IMG/VR virus record: IMGVR_UViG_3300028886_000004
Location: 1 to 64,000 of that record
DNA: 64,000 bases
Direction: 5' to 3' (one strand)
Source: a virus
Lineage: Duplodnaviria > Caudoviricetes
This document shows positions 19,508 to 29,571 of this stretch, in pieces. Made by a program: the position numbers and the translations under genes. Within the stretch, counting starts at the first letter, position 1, and the number at the start of each line of letters is the position of its first letter. The notes under the pieces were generated by a model. It was not told the DNA's origin. It did not search any database and saw only the letters and a list, made by a program, of their open reading frames with translations.

Positions 19508-20641
19508 ATGCGCAAGCAAGTGATAGAAACAGTTGAAACCGTTGCTGGCAACATTAGTGCGCCGGTGTATGCCTATATCGGCGAAAGCGGCTCCGGCAGG
19601 GATCGCCGCATTAAACTCGATGGCGCCACGCTCTTTGACAAGATGCTTGGTCTCTACAAGGCAGGCACCTATGTAAGCATTGGCCCTGCCGAAGGCTCCC
19701 CCGCATGGAATAAACTCGACAAGGAAGATCAAAGCGACTACCGCATTCTTCAGGCACGCGCAAAGAAGAGAACCACCTATAAACAGATGGGCGAATTTCT
19801 TGCCGACATTTGTTCCGCAAACGAATGTTTCCTCTTTGCCATCCGCCAAGGCGACGACGCCGTGTGGGTCAACCCCAAGGCATTGAAAGAATTGCTGGAC
19901 AACGAATGGCGTGGCACCGACAAGTATTGGGTTGAAGAGGCGTGCGGCGTTTGGGATTACCATCACAAGGAATTTCTCAAATGGCAAAAGCGCTTCGGAC
20001 AGAAGGAAGCGCTCCGGAAGAAAAACGAACGCGGAGGCGATTCCACATCGGATCTTGATGGTCCTGCCTGCCTGTGTGTTTCGGCAACTACCACTACATT
20101 TGATTGCTCCGTCGATGGCGATGATGTAATGGGAAACGTTGCCATCAGCCCCGCCGACATTGAAAAGGCTACGACCAAAATCATTGACCCCAAGCTGTGG
20201 GGCGCCGTAAAGCAGGGCTACGACTGGAAGCTCCTCAGGGAAACGATCAGCGACTTTGGGTTGGAAGTCGGCGCAGTCAGCGGCTATTCTTGGTATTCAC
20301 CTTCCCAGTACTTTGAGGATCCGGGCGACGGCGGCTACAACGTCACGCTCGATTTGGACAATGAACAGTTGAGCGAGGCGATTGACACCCTGCTTTACAC
20401 GTTCGGACAGCTGGTGCTGGATGAATTGACCGGGGAGCCGAAGTATATCGAATACGGCGACGATGCCAAGGCGCAGATGCTGGAAGAAGCCAAGAAGGAT
20501 GCGGAGATTCAGGCACGCCTTCAGGAATTGGGCTTGGATTTCAGCGCAATCGATACGCTCTTCAGCTTGAATAACTCGCAGGCCGCTCAGGATATTTACA
20601 ATCTCCTTTGGGCGCTCGATGGCTCCGAGGAATCAAACTAA
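19508..20641 (+). CDS. hypothetical multi-domain protein
   Basis: GAGG RBS; internal QKE/KKNE junction. Confidence 0.75.
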   Translation: MRKQVIETVETVAGNISAPVYAYIGESGSGRDRRIKLDGATLFDKMLGLYKAGTYVSIGPAEGSPAWNKLDKEDQSDYRILQARAKKRTTYKQMGEFLADICSANECFLFAIRQGDDAVWVNPKALKELLDNEWRGTDKYWVEEACGVWDYHHKEFLKWQKRFGQKEALRKKNERGGDSTSDLDGPACLCVSATTTTFDCSVDGDDVMGNVAISPADIEKATTKIIDPKLWGAVKQGYDWKLLRETISDFGLEVGAVSGYSWYSPSQYFEDPGDGGYNVTLDLDNEQLSEAIDTLLYTFGQLVLDELTGEPKYIEYGDDAKAQMLEEAKKDAEIQARLQELGLDFSAIDTLFSLNNSQAAQDIYNLLWALDGSEESN

Positions 20642-20657
20642 AAATAATCCGCAAGAC

Positions 20658-20714
20658 GGGGTGTCTTTTTCAATCCACGAATGTATATTTTAGGTATACA
20701 ACCAGGAGTAAGAT
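20658..20714 (+). promoter_or_regulatory. conserved promoter cassette, copy 2
   Basis: GGGGTGTCTTTTTCA-N11-TATATT. Confidence 0.85.
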
Positions 20715-21497
20715 ATGAGCGAAAGAATTATTAAGACCGGGCTGCCTAAGCGCTTCAAGGATATGCTGGCGGCCGTGATCGGCCAAATGTCCGACGGCTA
20801 TTGGGAAAACACCCCGATGATGCGTGGCTATTGGCCGTTCGTGGATGCAGCCGTGCAGGGCGATGAAGCAGTGCTGGAAGTAAGCGGTGATCGCTATTCG
20901 GGACAGCACAACGCCTACAACCGCTTCGCCGATATGACGGATGATGCCATCCGCAAATTCTTCGCCGAAAAAATCAAATTCCTCATCAAGGAAGAAGGGC
21001 TCGGCGACTGGAAGCGCGATAATGAAAAGGAAACCGATTACCTCTCTTACGACGATCCTTACCGCGTGAAGGATTGTTACTACGCTTACGAAGTCCTGAA
21101 AGGCCGTAATGTGTCCAAGCATCCGGAATACAGCGACGTGGGCAAAAGCACGAAGGAATCGGTAGCCACATCGGAAGCGGTGGAACGTGCTAGAAATGCA
21201 GTTGAAGAATTGTTTGCCCAAATGATTGCGGATGGCGCCGCCGGTATGCGCCTCCTCCCGGATGGCAAGGGCGTTGAATGCCACGACCAGTATGGGACGC
21301 ACATCCGCTACGCAAACGGCGTACTTGTATTTAAGTTTGGCAAGGATGATGCGGAAGACGATCTCCTCACCTTGGCGGAAGCAATTACGCGACACGCACT
21401 TGCACGTATCCGGCAGGACGACAACTTCATTTACATCTCCTGCCCCGTGACGCCGGAAGAAGGCGTGAAACTTCTTAATGCATATTTCAACGCCTAA
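20715..21497 (+). CDS. hypothetical two-domain protein
   Basis: AGGAG RBS; STKE/ATSE linker. Confidence 0.8.
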   Translation: MSERIIKTGLPKRFKDMLAAVIGQMSDGYWENTPMMRGYWPFVDAAVQGDEAVLEVSGDRYSGQHNAYNRFADMTDDAIRKFFAEKIKFLIKEEGLGDWKRDNEKETDYLSYDDPYRVKDCYYAYEVLKGRNVSKHPEYSDVGKSTKESVATSEAVERARNAVEELFAQMIADGAAGMRLLPDGKGVECHDQYGTHIRYANGVLVFKFGKDDAEDDLLTLAEAITRHALARIRQDDNFIYISCPVTPEEGVKLLNAYFNA

Positions 21498-21516
21498 TGT
21501 GGCAAAGGGAATAACT

Positions 21517-21849
21517 ATGGGAATCAAACTCATCAAGAAAACCAAGAAGGGCGAAGCCCTCCGCAACCTGCAAACCTTCAAAAAGGACCTGGTCTACGTC
21601 CCGGAGTTCACCAATGAAAAAGCGCTCACCGACCTCGTTTGGGACATTCACGCCCAGCACAAAAACGGTGAAGATGGCTGGGAAGGCGACGCTCAGAGCT
21701 TCTCTTCCGTTCCGCGTATAATGGAACTCACCGACTATCCGTATTTGATTGCGATTGGAGGCAGCCACACGCTGTTTGCCTTCCAGTCAAAGTCGGACCG
21801 CGACTGCATCCTTAGCGACTATCTCCGTGACCCGGACTTATTGGGGTAA
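21517..21849 (+). CDS. IKLIKK-leader protein 1
   Basis: MGIKLIKKTKKGE. Confidence 0.8.
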   Translation: MGIKLIKKTKKGEALRNLQTFKKDLVYVPEFTNEKALTDLVWDIHAQHKNGEDGWEGDAQSFSSVPRIMELTDYPYLIAIGGSHTLFAFQSKSDRDCILSDYLRDPDLLG

Positions 21850-21852
21850 ATT

Positions 21853-22275
21853 ATGGCAATTAAACTTATCAAGAAAGCCAACGAAGCCGACGTGAACAAA
21901 TTCGATGTGTCGGGCGTTATTGAAGACAGCAAGAAATTCGACTTCATCAACCTGCTCTCCCGCCTGAATCAATTCAAGAATTGGGCGGAGGAACTTCACG
22001 GGCTGGTCTACTTTACGATGCCGAAGATCCACGATGCGGCCAGCGGCTCCAGCGGCTACTCCTACCGCATCTCCAATGAAGACCGCTCCTCAACGGTTCA
22101 ATTCAGCCTCCACGCCGGAACCAATCCCGAACGCTACCCTAAGTTCGAGGGCTACATCTATGCCATCAGCCCGAAGGAAACCGGGAAGGACAAGCGCTTT
22201 GACATCAATTCCATTGATGACCTGACCGATGCCCTGCAAAAGGAAATTGTAGACATCTGTAAGGGGCGGACATAA
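21853..22275 (+). CDS. IKLIKK-leader protein 2
   Basis: MAIKLIKKANE. Confidence 0.8.
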   Translation: MAIKLIKKANEADVNKFDVSGVIEDSKKFDFINLLSRLNQFKNWAEELHGLVYFTMPKIHDAASGSSGYSYRISNEDRSSTVQFSLHAGTNPERYPKFEGYIYAISPKETGKDKRFDINSIDDLTDALQKEIVDICKGRT

Positions 22276-22371
22276 TTCGCATTTCTAGCGCGTTTACAGC
22301 CATATTTTAAGGCGGGTATGTATTTACCCGCCTTTTATATTTTCTCGCCTTAAAACGCGCTTTATGCGCAG
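22276..22371. terminator. bidirectional terminator / palindromic element
   Basis: AAGGCGGGTA-TGTATT-TACCCGCCTT between convergent genes. Confidence 0.75.
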
Positions 22372-24216
22372 CTAATACATCCCTCCGGCTATATGCTTGT
22401 CCGGATCTCCTTGGGCCATACCAAATATCAGGTCCTGGACATATTCCTGCCTGCCTCGCATGCTCAAATGCTGCGTCTCGCCGAGCTGGTCCACGATCGT
22501 TCCAGCCGAAAGGGATAGGGATGCAAGCAGCGCCTCGTGCTGGGATGCAGCCACGGCGTCCGCAATATCCTTGCTGCCTTTGACATAGCGCCCGTTGACC
22601 ATCACCTTATCGGGGTGGTCAATCTTCTTGTCCCGGTTTTCAAGGTGGCGGACCTCGAAATCAAGGATCGGGCTCTTCGGCACTTTCATAAGTCCGTGGT
22701 TGATGTTGGAGGCGAATTTCAGGTAGGGGTCCTTCGTGGTATCGACGGACACGTACTTGACATTGAAACCCATCTTATCCAGCATCTGTCTCATATCGGC
22801 GGATTGGAAGCCATCGGTGGAGACCTGCATAATGCAAATGCCTTTGTTGCGCAATTCAAGCAGGAACTGACGCACCTTCCACAAAGGGACTTCCGAACCG
22901 GGGCGGGCCTTGATGCCGAACGCAATCGGGGTAATGAGCGAGGGCGACAAGCGCAAGGTCTGTTCCCCGGTAACGAGGTTGCGCCCGGACACCGTCATTT
23001 GCTTTTCGATCGCGGACATTGCAAAGCCGAAGCGGTCACCTTTCAAGGCGCCGTCAAGGTGGACATAGTAATTGTATTTGGGAATTTCCTTGGTTACGAA
23101 ATCCATTATCTTGTCCGTGCCATCAATGGACAACGAAATTTCATCCTTTGAGATGGCATTGTCGAGGCATTGGACATTCACCCATTTCTCGACGTTATAG
23201 ATAAGGGACATCGAGGAGCGGTTGGCAACGCCAGCCAAGTCCATCAAGGCGCCGGGGAGGTTCTCCTCAAATTCCTCGCGGTAAACGTCCGGGACCTCGA
23301 TAATGTATCCGGCGTGCTCTTCCACTTCCTTTTCCGTGGTACATATCATCGGCTGCTGCGTATTCGTGCCGATGAAGACCGGGAATGTCTTGCCACTGTA
23401 AATTCCTTTTTCCTTTTGGACATCCCAAATGGCAGGCGCCAGCACAAGAACCTTCGGGTTATTCTTCACTGCCTCGATATGGGATTCAAGGAATGACGAA
23501 TCGCTATTGCGGGAGGAGACCAGCCAACGGCGGCAGGGAAGGGAGCCGTTCTTCAATTTGAAACGGGAGGACATACGGCGGGTGATGGTTTCATAGTTCT
23601 TAACCGCCTGATTGGCAACCGCTTCCTGAAAGTTTGCTTCATCAATGATGGCGCCGATGACTGCCTTACCCAAGTTATGACCGCCGCGGGATCCGAAGCC
23701 TACACCGACGTGGTGCGGGAACATATCCTCGTCCAGCTTCTCGCCCTTCTTCGGCATAAACCTTGAAGTAAAGAACGGGGAGGCCGCAATCACATCAAGC
23801 ATTTGGTTTGCCATAACGGCGGACGCCAAGTCCTTCGTGGCGGTGACCAGCGAGAAGAGGATACGGGTTGTCCTCAAGAGCTTGTATTTGCGTTGGGGCT
23901 CGCGCAGCAGGCACACGTGATAAAGGTCATACATTGCGCCCATAATGGCGAAGGACGTTTTACCGGCACCGATACATCCGGTCACGCAAATTTCCTCATA
24001 CGGGGAATAAAGGGGGTTCGGATAGATGCGGTGCAAGGCTTCGCGCCAGTATTCGTAAACGCCTTTTCCGTTGTCGTAGGTTTGCCCCAAATAGTAAGGG
24101 TCATTCAGGAACGTATCTATGTCCACGGGGACAGATTCATAACCTTCTGCCTTCGCGGTCAGTTCATAAAGCTCCCGCGTGGACAGTTTTGAATAGTCAG
24201 TAGTAGAAGTCTCCAT
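22372..24216 (-). CDS. terL: terminase large subunit
   Basis: Walker A GCIGAGKT, Walker B AIIDEA, nuclease VHLDG..GD, DGFQS, KDIADA; leaderless TATATT-N6-ATG. Confidence 0.9.
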   Translation of the reverse strand: METSTTDYSKLSTRELYELTAKAEGYESVPVDIDTFLNDPYYLGQTYDNGKGVYEYWREALHRIYPNPLYSPYEEICVTGCIGAGKTSFAIMGAMYDLYHVCLLREPQRKYKLLRTTRILFSLVTATKDLASAVMANQMLDVIAASPFFTSRFMPKKGEKLDEDMFPHHVGVGFGSRGGHNLGKAVIGAIIDEANFQEAVANQAVKNYETITRRMSSRFKLKNGSLPCRRWLVSSRNSDSSFLESHIEAVKNNPKVLVLAPAIWDVQKEKGIYSGKTFPVFIGTNTQQPMICTTEKEVEEHAGYIIEVPDVYREEFEENLPGALMDLAGVANRSSMSLIYNVEKWVNVQCLDNAISKDEISLSIDGTDKIMDFVTKEIPKYNYYVHLDGALKGDRFGFAMSAIEKQMTVSGRNLVTGEQTLRLSPSLITPIAFGIKARPGSEVPLWKVRQFLLELRNKGICIMQVSTDGFQSADMRQMLDKMGFNVKYVSVDTTKDPYLKFASNINHGLMKVPKSPILDFEVRHLENRDKKIDHPDKVMVNGRYVKGSKDIADAVAASQHEALLASLSLSAGTIVDQLGETQHLSMRGRQEYVQDLIFGMAQGDPDKHIAGGMY

Positions 24217-24306
24217 ACACCAAATATACGCCCATTGTGTCCTTTTAGGGTTTTCCGGGGTTGGCGCCTTGCGGGGAAATATGGTATATTTAATTCGAGG
24301 TTTTTT

Positions 24307-25386
24307 ATGGCAATTGAATTGAGCACCCCTTCTTTTAAGCCGCGTGAATACGAAGGCGAATACATTCGATACACCTTGTACGGACTGGATTCCGACGGGG
24401 ATGAATTGGACGATCTCATCACCTCCCCGAAAAAATCAACCGTGACCCATACCATCAAGGAGCTTCTCCCGGACTATGGCCGCGTTTACAATGGTATGCA
24501 CGTGGTTGCCATCCTTTATGACAAGAACGATCGTATGCTTAATTCGGAAGTCGTTTGGTCCACGGACCAAAGTGAATCGAATGGCGCCGACGAAACCATT
24601 GAATACGAAAAGGGACACAAAAATTCCCGCGGCGAAGATGCGCCGTGGGTTATCCGCGACCATAAGGGCGGAAAGGTCCTTGCATCGTTCCCGAGCGAAG
24701 ACGCAGCCAAGGCACATCTCGCCCGCATGAAGAATTATGCGAAAGCATCCAAGGACGAAAAACTTTTCAATGTGAAGGACCTGGAAGCGTATGCTATGAA
24801 CGGGTATAAGGCTGCTGTGAGTGCCGCTTGGTCCGGTGCCGGCGTGAAGAACTTCAAAATCGATATTCGCTCCTACGATGGGGAACCGCCTACGATTGAT
24901 GTCCTTCCCAAAACCTTGGATGGCAAGGACCTTGACGTGAACTGGCGCATCCTGCCGAAAATCTTTAAGATTGTGCAGTACTCGATCAGCCCGGTCGGCA
25001 ACAGCGACATTGAACGCGAAATGGATTACCGGACGGAAGATGATATTGAAAACATCTTCACGGACGAATTCAAAAACCTTGATGCCGTTATGGATGACGG
25101 CAAGCCTGCCAAGACTGAAACGGCTCCGGACGATTATGCAAGGGATAACTTCCTGAAAGGCGCCCTGGACTATGCCGAAATCGAGGATGATAAGGGAAAC
25201 GTTGTGCTTCTCAAAATCACCAAGCGCTATGCGAATGAGATTGGCGGGGATTTCTGCCTTCGTTCGTATGACGGCGAAACGGACAAGAGCCTTGCTATGG
25301 GCGGGATTCGTTACGTAGTCGACCGCTACGGGGAATTCATTGATATGGACCCCGCTGAAGCCATCATTAAAATTGCAAAGGAATAA
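24307..25386 (+). CDS. hypothetical modular protein (possible head-internal polyprotein)
   Basis: segments separated by GADE, SKDE, AKTE. Confidence 0.75.
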   Translation: MAIELSTPSFKPREYEGEYIRYTLYGLDSDGDELDDLITSPKKSTVTHTIKELLPDYGRVYNGMHVVAILYDKNDRMLNSEVVWSTDQSESNGADETIEYEKGHKNSRGEDAPWVIRDHKGGKVLASFPSEDAAKAHLARMKNYAKASKDEKLFNVKDLEAYAMNGYKAAVSAAWSGAGVKNFKIDIRSYDGEPPTIDVLPKTLDGKDLDVNWRILPKIFKIVQYSISPVGNSDIEREMDYRTEDDIENIFTDEFKNLDAVMDDGKPAKTETAPDDYARDNFLKGALDYAEIEDDKGNVVLLKITKRYANEIGGDFCLRSYDGETDKSLAMGGIRYVVDRYGEFIDMDPAEAIIKIAKE

Positions 25387-25391
25387 CGAAA

Positions 25392-25715
25392 ATGGGAATC
25401 AAACTTATCAAGAAAAAAGCGCCCGCCACCCTTTCGGAAAGTGGCCTGAACGCCCCCGCCAAAAATGAAGGGCGCGTAACGTCCTATTTCGTGGTCCGCA
25501 AAGACGCGGACGAAAAGGCAGTCGAAAAGATTGTTGCCACGCTGGAAGATGCGATTCTCAATAATCAAACGGTTGAAACCACCGCTAACCCGGACGGCAC
25601 CGTTTCGATTGATATCTATGGCAGGATGACCCCGGACGAGGTTGCCCGCGCACTCCAGCTTCCCGGACAACTTAGCACATCTTACGTCGATCTCGCAATC
25701 AATATCGAGGGCTAA
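25392..25715 (+). CDS. IKLIKK-leader protein 3
   Basis: MGIKLIKKKAPATLSE..AKNE. Confidence 0.8.
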   Translation: MGIKLIKKKAPATLSESGLNAPAKNEGRVTSYFVVRKDADEKAVEKIVATLEDAILNNQTVETTANPDGTVSIDIYGRMTPDEVARALQLPGQLSTSYVDLAINIEG

Positions 25716-25716
25716 A

Positions 25717-26169
25717 ATGAGCACAAACGATTTTCGCGGCTATTACTTGGATGTATGGATTGGGCTGACCAAGGACCACAAGTTGTCCTCCGCAGAAGCC
25801 GACCGCCTTTGTGACAAATACAAGCAAATCATTATCAATGGTTTCGAAGAAGGCGAAGGACCGGTTAAAATTTCCGACCAGCTTGCCACGCAAGACAAGC
25901 GCGAGGCACATGAACCGGGGACTAAGTGGTCCGCCGGAATCCGTGTTGCCTTCAATGGCGAAAACGACGCCAACGACAAATGGGTCAAGGATTATGAAGG
26001 CCAATCGGTTTGGAATTTCTTCGATGATCTTTCCGACACGCTTCCGCCCCGCGAGGCATTGAAATGTATTCCGGCCCGCTACAAGGATGCTTTCAAGGAT
26101 TACTGCATCTACTACGGGATGAAATGGCCGGAAGATAATTCTAACCAAGGAGATACCGCCAATGCCTAA
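25717..26169 (+). CDS. hypothetical protein
   Basis: GAGG RBS. Confidence 0.7.
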   Translation: MSTNDFRGYYLDVWIGLTKDHKLSSAEADRLCDKYKQIIINGFEEGEGPVKISDQLATQDKREAHEPGTKWSAGIRVAFNGENDANDKWVKDYEGQSVWNFFDDLSDTLPPREALKCIPARYKDAFKDYCIYYGMKWPEDNSNQGDTANA

Positions 26170-26797
26170 AATCAAAATGATTGAGGCGGCTCGCCCCGCC
26201 GAGGACATTGTCATCCGTGGTGGGAATCACCACATGAAGCCGGACAGCATCTATATCCGCATCCCCCGTAAAAAGCTCGTTGAACTGGGCTTTTTGAAGG
26301 ATGGCGAACTGCCGAACGACAGCACCGCAAGCGCCGTGCGCCGTGCCTTGAAATTCGATATCAAGGCGGTCCCGGATACGCGCTTTGGCGGGAATGACTA
26401 CTACCTGACCATTTCTATCGGGGACATCTCCGAGGAATACTACCTTGAAGAATACTGGTATACCCAGCAGGGTTCGTCCTTTGAAAATTGGCTGCGCAAT
26501 ACACATCTCACGATCCGTCCGGAAGAACCTTGGGAACGCAAGTCGGAAGCAGTGCTTAACCGCATTACGATGCACGACGCGCGTAAAAAGTGCGCCGCCC
26601 TCCAAAAGTCCGGGAAGCTGTCCAACTGCCTTCACGAAGTCACGGCGGCCATTGCGTTGGTCCAAAACGCCCTCGCAAACAGCAGCCCGGAAATCAAGGA
26701 CAACACCTTGAATTCCACGGAAAAGAAAATTGTCGCACGAGCTGTGTTGGCTGAGATTGTTTCCAATTTCAACTACCAGCCGGAAGATTTGAGGTAA
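26162..26797 (+). CDS. MPKIKM-leader protein 1
   Basis: MPKIKMIE; AAGGAG RBS. Confidence 0.8.
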   Translation: MPKIKMIEAARPAEDIVIRGGNHHMKPDSIYIRIPRKKLVELGFLKDGELPNDSTASAVRRALKFDIKAVPDTRFGGNDYYLTISIGDISEEYYLEEYWYTQQGSSFENWLRNTHLTIRPEEPWERKSEAVLNRITMHDARKKCAALQKSGKLSNCLHEVTAAIALVQNALANSSPEIKDNTLNSTEKKIVARAVLAEIVSNFNYQPEDLR

Positions 26798-26976
26798 CGA
26801 AGGGGACTCAGTCCTTTCGGGCATCGTCAGCGAAAATTAGGTTGGGTAGCCAAACAACCCGCATAGGTGCACGCTCTCGGCGACGGGGGCGTGTATATTA
26901 TTGTATACTTGGTTTTGGCAGAAAATAAACCTATATTTAAGAAAGGGCTACGCGCCCGCCAAAACCCGAGGGCACC

Positions 26977-28869
26977 GTGCAACAGTATTTTGACCATTTT
27001 GCTTTAGCCAACAAAACCATTCAGGAACGCTTGGGTGCGGCGCCTAATGCGCTCAACAAGCTGTCCGCGTTGTATGGTATGCAGGCACGCGGCTTTGTCC
27101 AAATGATGTCTTTCGGCGATGATATGATCACCGCCAGGGCCGCTTCCCACCTGCTTAATATGGACATCCTGAGGGCGAACGATGCCTACCTCCTCAAATT
27201 GGGAGAAGGTTTCCTCCTCAACTCCATTGAAAGTATCACCCCGCCGTTGATTCATGCGGGGAATGAATTTCTCTTCAAGTCCGTCCGCCAGTATGGTCTC
27301 TACGATTCCGTAGGCTCCGTGACGCTGCGCGATGGATCCGCCGCCAACCTGCTCCTCTACAAATTTGAGGCGCTCGATGAAACCACGGCGGACGGCGAAC
27401 AGAAGTATCAGGCATTGTATTGCGCCGGCCAGTATGTCACGCAAGACTTTACCACCGATGATATTGACCTGACGCCGGGAACCTTCCAGTCGATTTACGT
27501 GCCGGAAACATATAAGGCCGTTTGGACCCCTTCCGTGCGCGTGTTCCTCGATGGCATTGGAACGGATGGCAAGGCGAAAGAGGTCACGCCGATTTACTCG
27601 ATGGCGGAACTCCTCGCATACACGGACCGCGATTGGCTGGTTCTTTGCCAGCATACAGGTCGCGGCTTGACCATCACCTTGGGCGATGGCGAAGTGTATG
27701 GCGCCGGATACAACAACAAAAAGACCTTTGCAAACATCACCGCCGTGAAGGTTGCCTATATCAAGACGGACAGCCTTTCCGAAGCAGCCAACGAAACGCT
27801 GCAGTTCAACGACGATGTCACCCCGCTTTACGCGGACAAGCTCCCGGTTCTTGATAAGCCGAGCACCGGGGACACCACGGAAACATTCCGCTCCCGCGCA
27901 ATCGCCGAGATGTTTGCTTCCGGGAAGATTACCGACGAAAAGGACCTTGTCACGGAAATCAAGAAGATTCCGCTGATTCGTTCTTGCGCAGCGCATCGCG
28001 AACAAAACCGCCACTTCCCCGTAAGCGAATACAAGCCCGGCGTGATTTATCCGCACGGGTCTATGGTGGAGTTTGGAGGCGCCCTGCTTGTTGTTGTCAA
28101 GAAGGACAAAGGCACCGAGACGCTGCCTCCGGATGACCCCGAAAGTTCTTGGCAGGTGATTGTGCCTGCCGAAATCTATGCGGGTCTCAAGGCTATGGGC
28201 TTTGACGCCGAATCTGCGTTCCGCTATGACAATGCCACGATCGTGCTTTCCGGCCTGATGGTGGCTAACCGCCGTTACTGGTCGGAGAATCATACCTATG
28301 GTCCGGGGGACATTATCTATCATCCCGGCACCAATAAGCTGTATGTAGCTACCGCGAATGTGCGCGGGCTGGAACCGGGCGCCGACGTTGACCCCGAATC
28401 CGGCTATGCGGAGGATACGTGGGTTTCTCAGGAAGATGTTGAAACCAATTCCAAGTATTCCGCATACCGCATTGATGACTACGTGCCAATCACGCAGGCG
28501 GCCTACGAGCTGGAATTGAAAGGCTACTTCGGCATTGCATCCAAGCTCGGATTCACGTCCGTGGTGGTGGAGCCGTGCGTATCGGTCCCGGTTGAAATTT
28601 CTTACTCCTATGACGGCGCCCATCGCGAGAACGAGGAGATTACGCGCTTCATTCAGGAATACGCCTGCTACAATGTTGGCAAGACCTTGCTTGCCTCCGA
28701 ATTGCATTCCCTCCTGACCGAGAAATTCGGGCTGACCAAGGTGTACATTTCAATGGGACGTACGGGCGAAGGCGGCGCCAACACGAGTTTCGGTCCGCAG
28801 GTACAGCTGGCGACGCGGGAGTATATTTCAAAAAGCGATTTGGCGGTTACGCCGCGTGAGGTGCTCTAA
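26977..28869 (+). CDS. baseplate wedge subunit (T4 gp6/baseplate J-like) with CBM5/12-like insertions
   Basis: ITLGDGEVYG, ETFRSRA, KITDEKDL are gp6-like motifs; Y..G..V..G aromatic modules. Confidence 0.7.
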   Translation: MQQYFDHFALANKTIQERLGAAPNALNKLSALYGMQARGFVQMMSFGDDMITARAASHLLNMDILRANDAYLLKLGEGFLLNSIESITPPLIHAGNEFLFKSVRQYGLYDSVGSVTLRDGSAANLLLYKFEALDETTADGEQKYQALYCAGQYVTQDFTTDDIDLTPGTFQSIYVPETYKAVWTPSVRVFLDGIGTDGKAKEVTPIYSMAELLAYTDRDWLVLCQHTGRGLTITLGDGEVYGAGYNNKKTFANITAVKVAYIKTDSLSEAANETLQFNDDVTPLYADKLPVLDKPSTGDTTETFRSRAIAEMFASGKITDEKDLVTEIKKIPLIRSCAAHREQNRHFPVSEYKPGVIYPHGSMVEFGGALLVVVKKDKGTETLPPDDPESSWQVIVPAEIYAGLKAMGFDAESAFRYDNATIVLSGLMVANRRYWSENHTYGPGDIIYHPGTNKLYVATANVRGLEPGADVDPESGYAEDTWVSQEDVETNSKYSAYRIDDYVPITQAAYELELKGYFGIASKLGFTSVVVEPCVSVPVEISYSYDGAHRENEEITRFIQEYACYNVGKTLLASELHSLLTEKFGLTKVYISMGRTGEGGANTSFGPQVQLATREYISKSDLAVTPREVL

Positions 28870-29567
28870 TGGCAGAAAAGAAAATAATCTACGACTTTGA
28901 AACGGTCCTCAGCATCCTTGTGAAGTCTCAGGAAGATTTGATTGAGATTGTCACCAAGTGGAGCGCGATGTTGGACACCACCCCGCGTTATGTGGAGTTC
29001 AATTTGTCCGGCAGGGATCAGCCGCTCGTAGTGCCGAACATTCAAATGGTGGTTGATACCTTGAACGAACGCTCCGTCCCGAACGACCTCCGCGTTCATA
29101 GCGTGGTCACCTCCACGCTTGGCGGCGCTGGAGAGTTCAATGCAGGGCACGTCAAATTCGAAGGCTCGGGCGTCCGCACGACTTATGGCAACTACGGCAT
29201 TGAAGGCGCCGCGTGGCATGTCACCAACAGCATTGCGGCAACCCCCGGTTTGAAGACGTGGCCGCTGCCTCGCTATTGGGTGCACTCCGGCTCCGGGGAA
29301 AATATGGAATTGGATATCCACCTCGGCATCAATTCGCAGCTTCCCCGCTCAGGCACGTTCGCGGTTAGCGAGTTCTATGTTTTAATCGGCGACTCCCGCA
29401 AGATTATGAACATCTATGGCGTTGACCCCGCCGGAAGCCGCTATGCAAAACTTACGCTCACCACGGCCGGAAGAACCGGCGCCGTGATGTGGCACGTTAT
29501 CGCCGTGGCAAACAACCCCGAACGCGGCAACTCCTATCTCACGCTTTACGCAAACATTATGGAATAG
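28869..29567 (+). CDS. putative tail/baseplate appendage protein
   Basis: coupled to baseplate gene; shared N-terminal KW..LD module. Confidence 0.6.
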   Translation: MAEKKIIYDFETVLSILVKSQEDLIEIVTKWSAMLDTTPRYVEFNLSGRDQPLVVPNIQMVVDTLNERSVPNDLRVHSVVTSTLGGAGEFNAGHVKFEGSGVRTTYGNYGIEGAAWHVTNSIAATPGLKTWPLPRYWVHSGSGENMELDIHLGINSQLPRSGTFAVSEFYVLIGDSRKIMNIYGVDPAGSRYAKLTLTTAGRTGAVMWHVIAVANNPERGNSYLTLYANIME

Positions 29568-29571
29568 ACTT

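Noticed and set aside
2-24216. Inteins or introns in polA, helicases or terL
   Set aside because: Lengths are normal, motifs are contiguous, and no intein termini or homing endonuclease ORFs were seen
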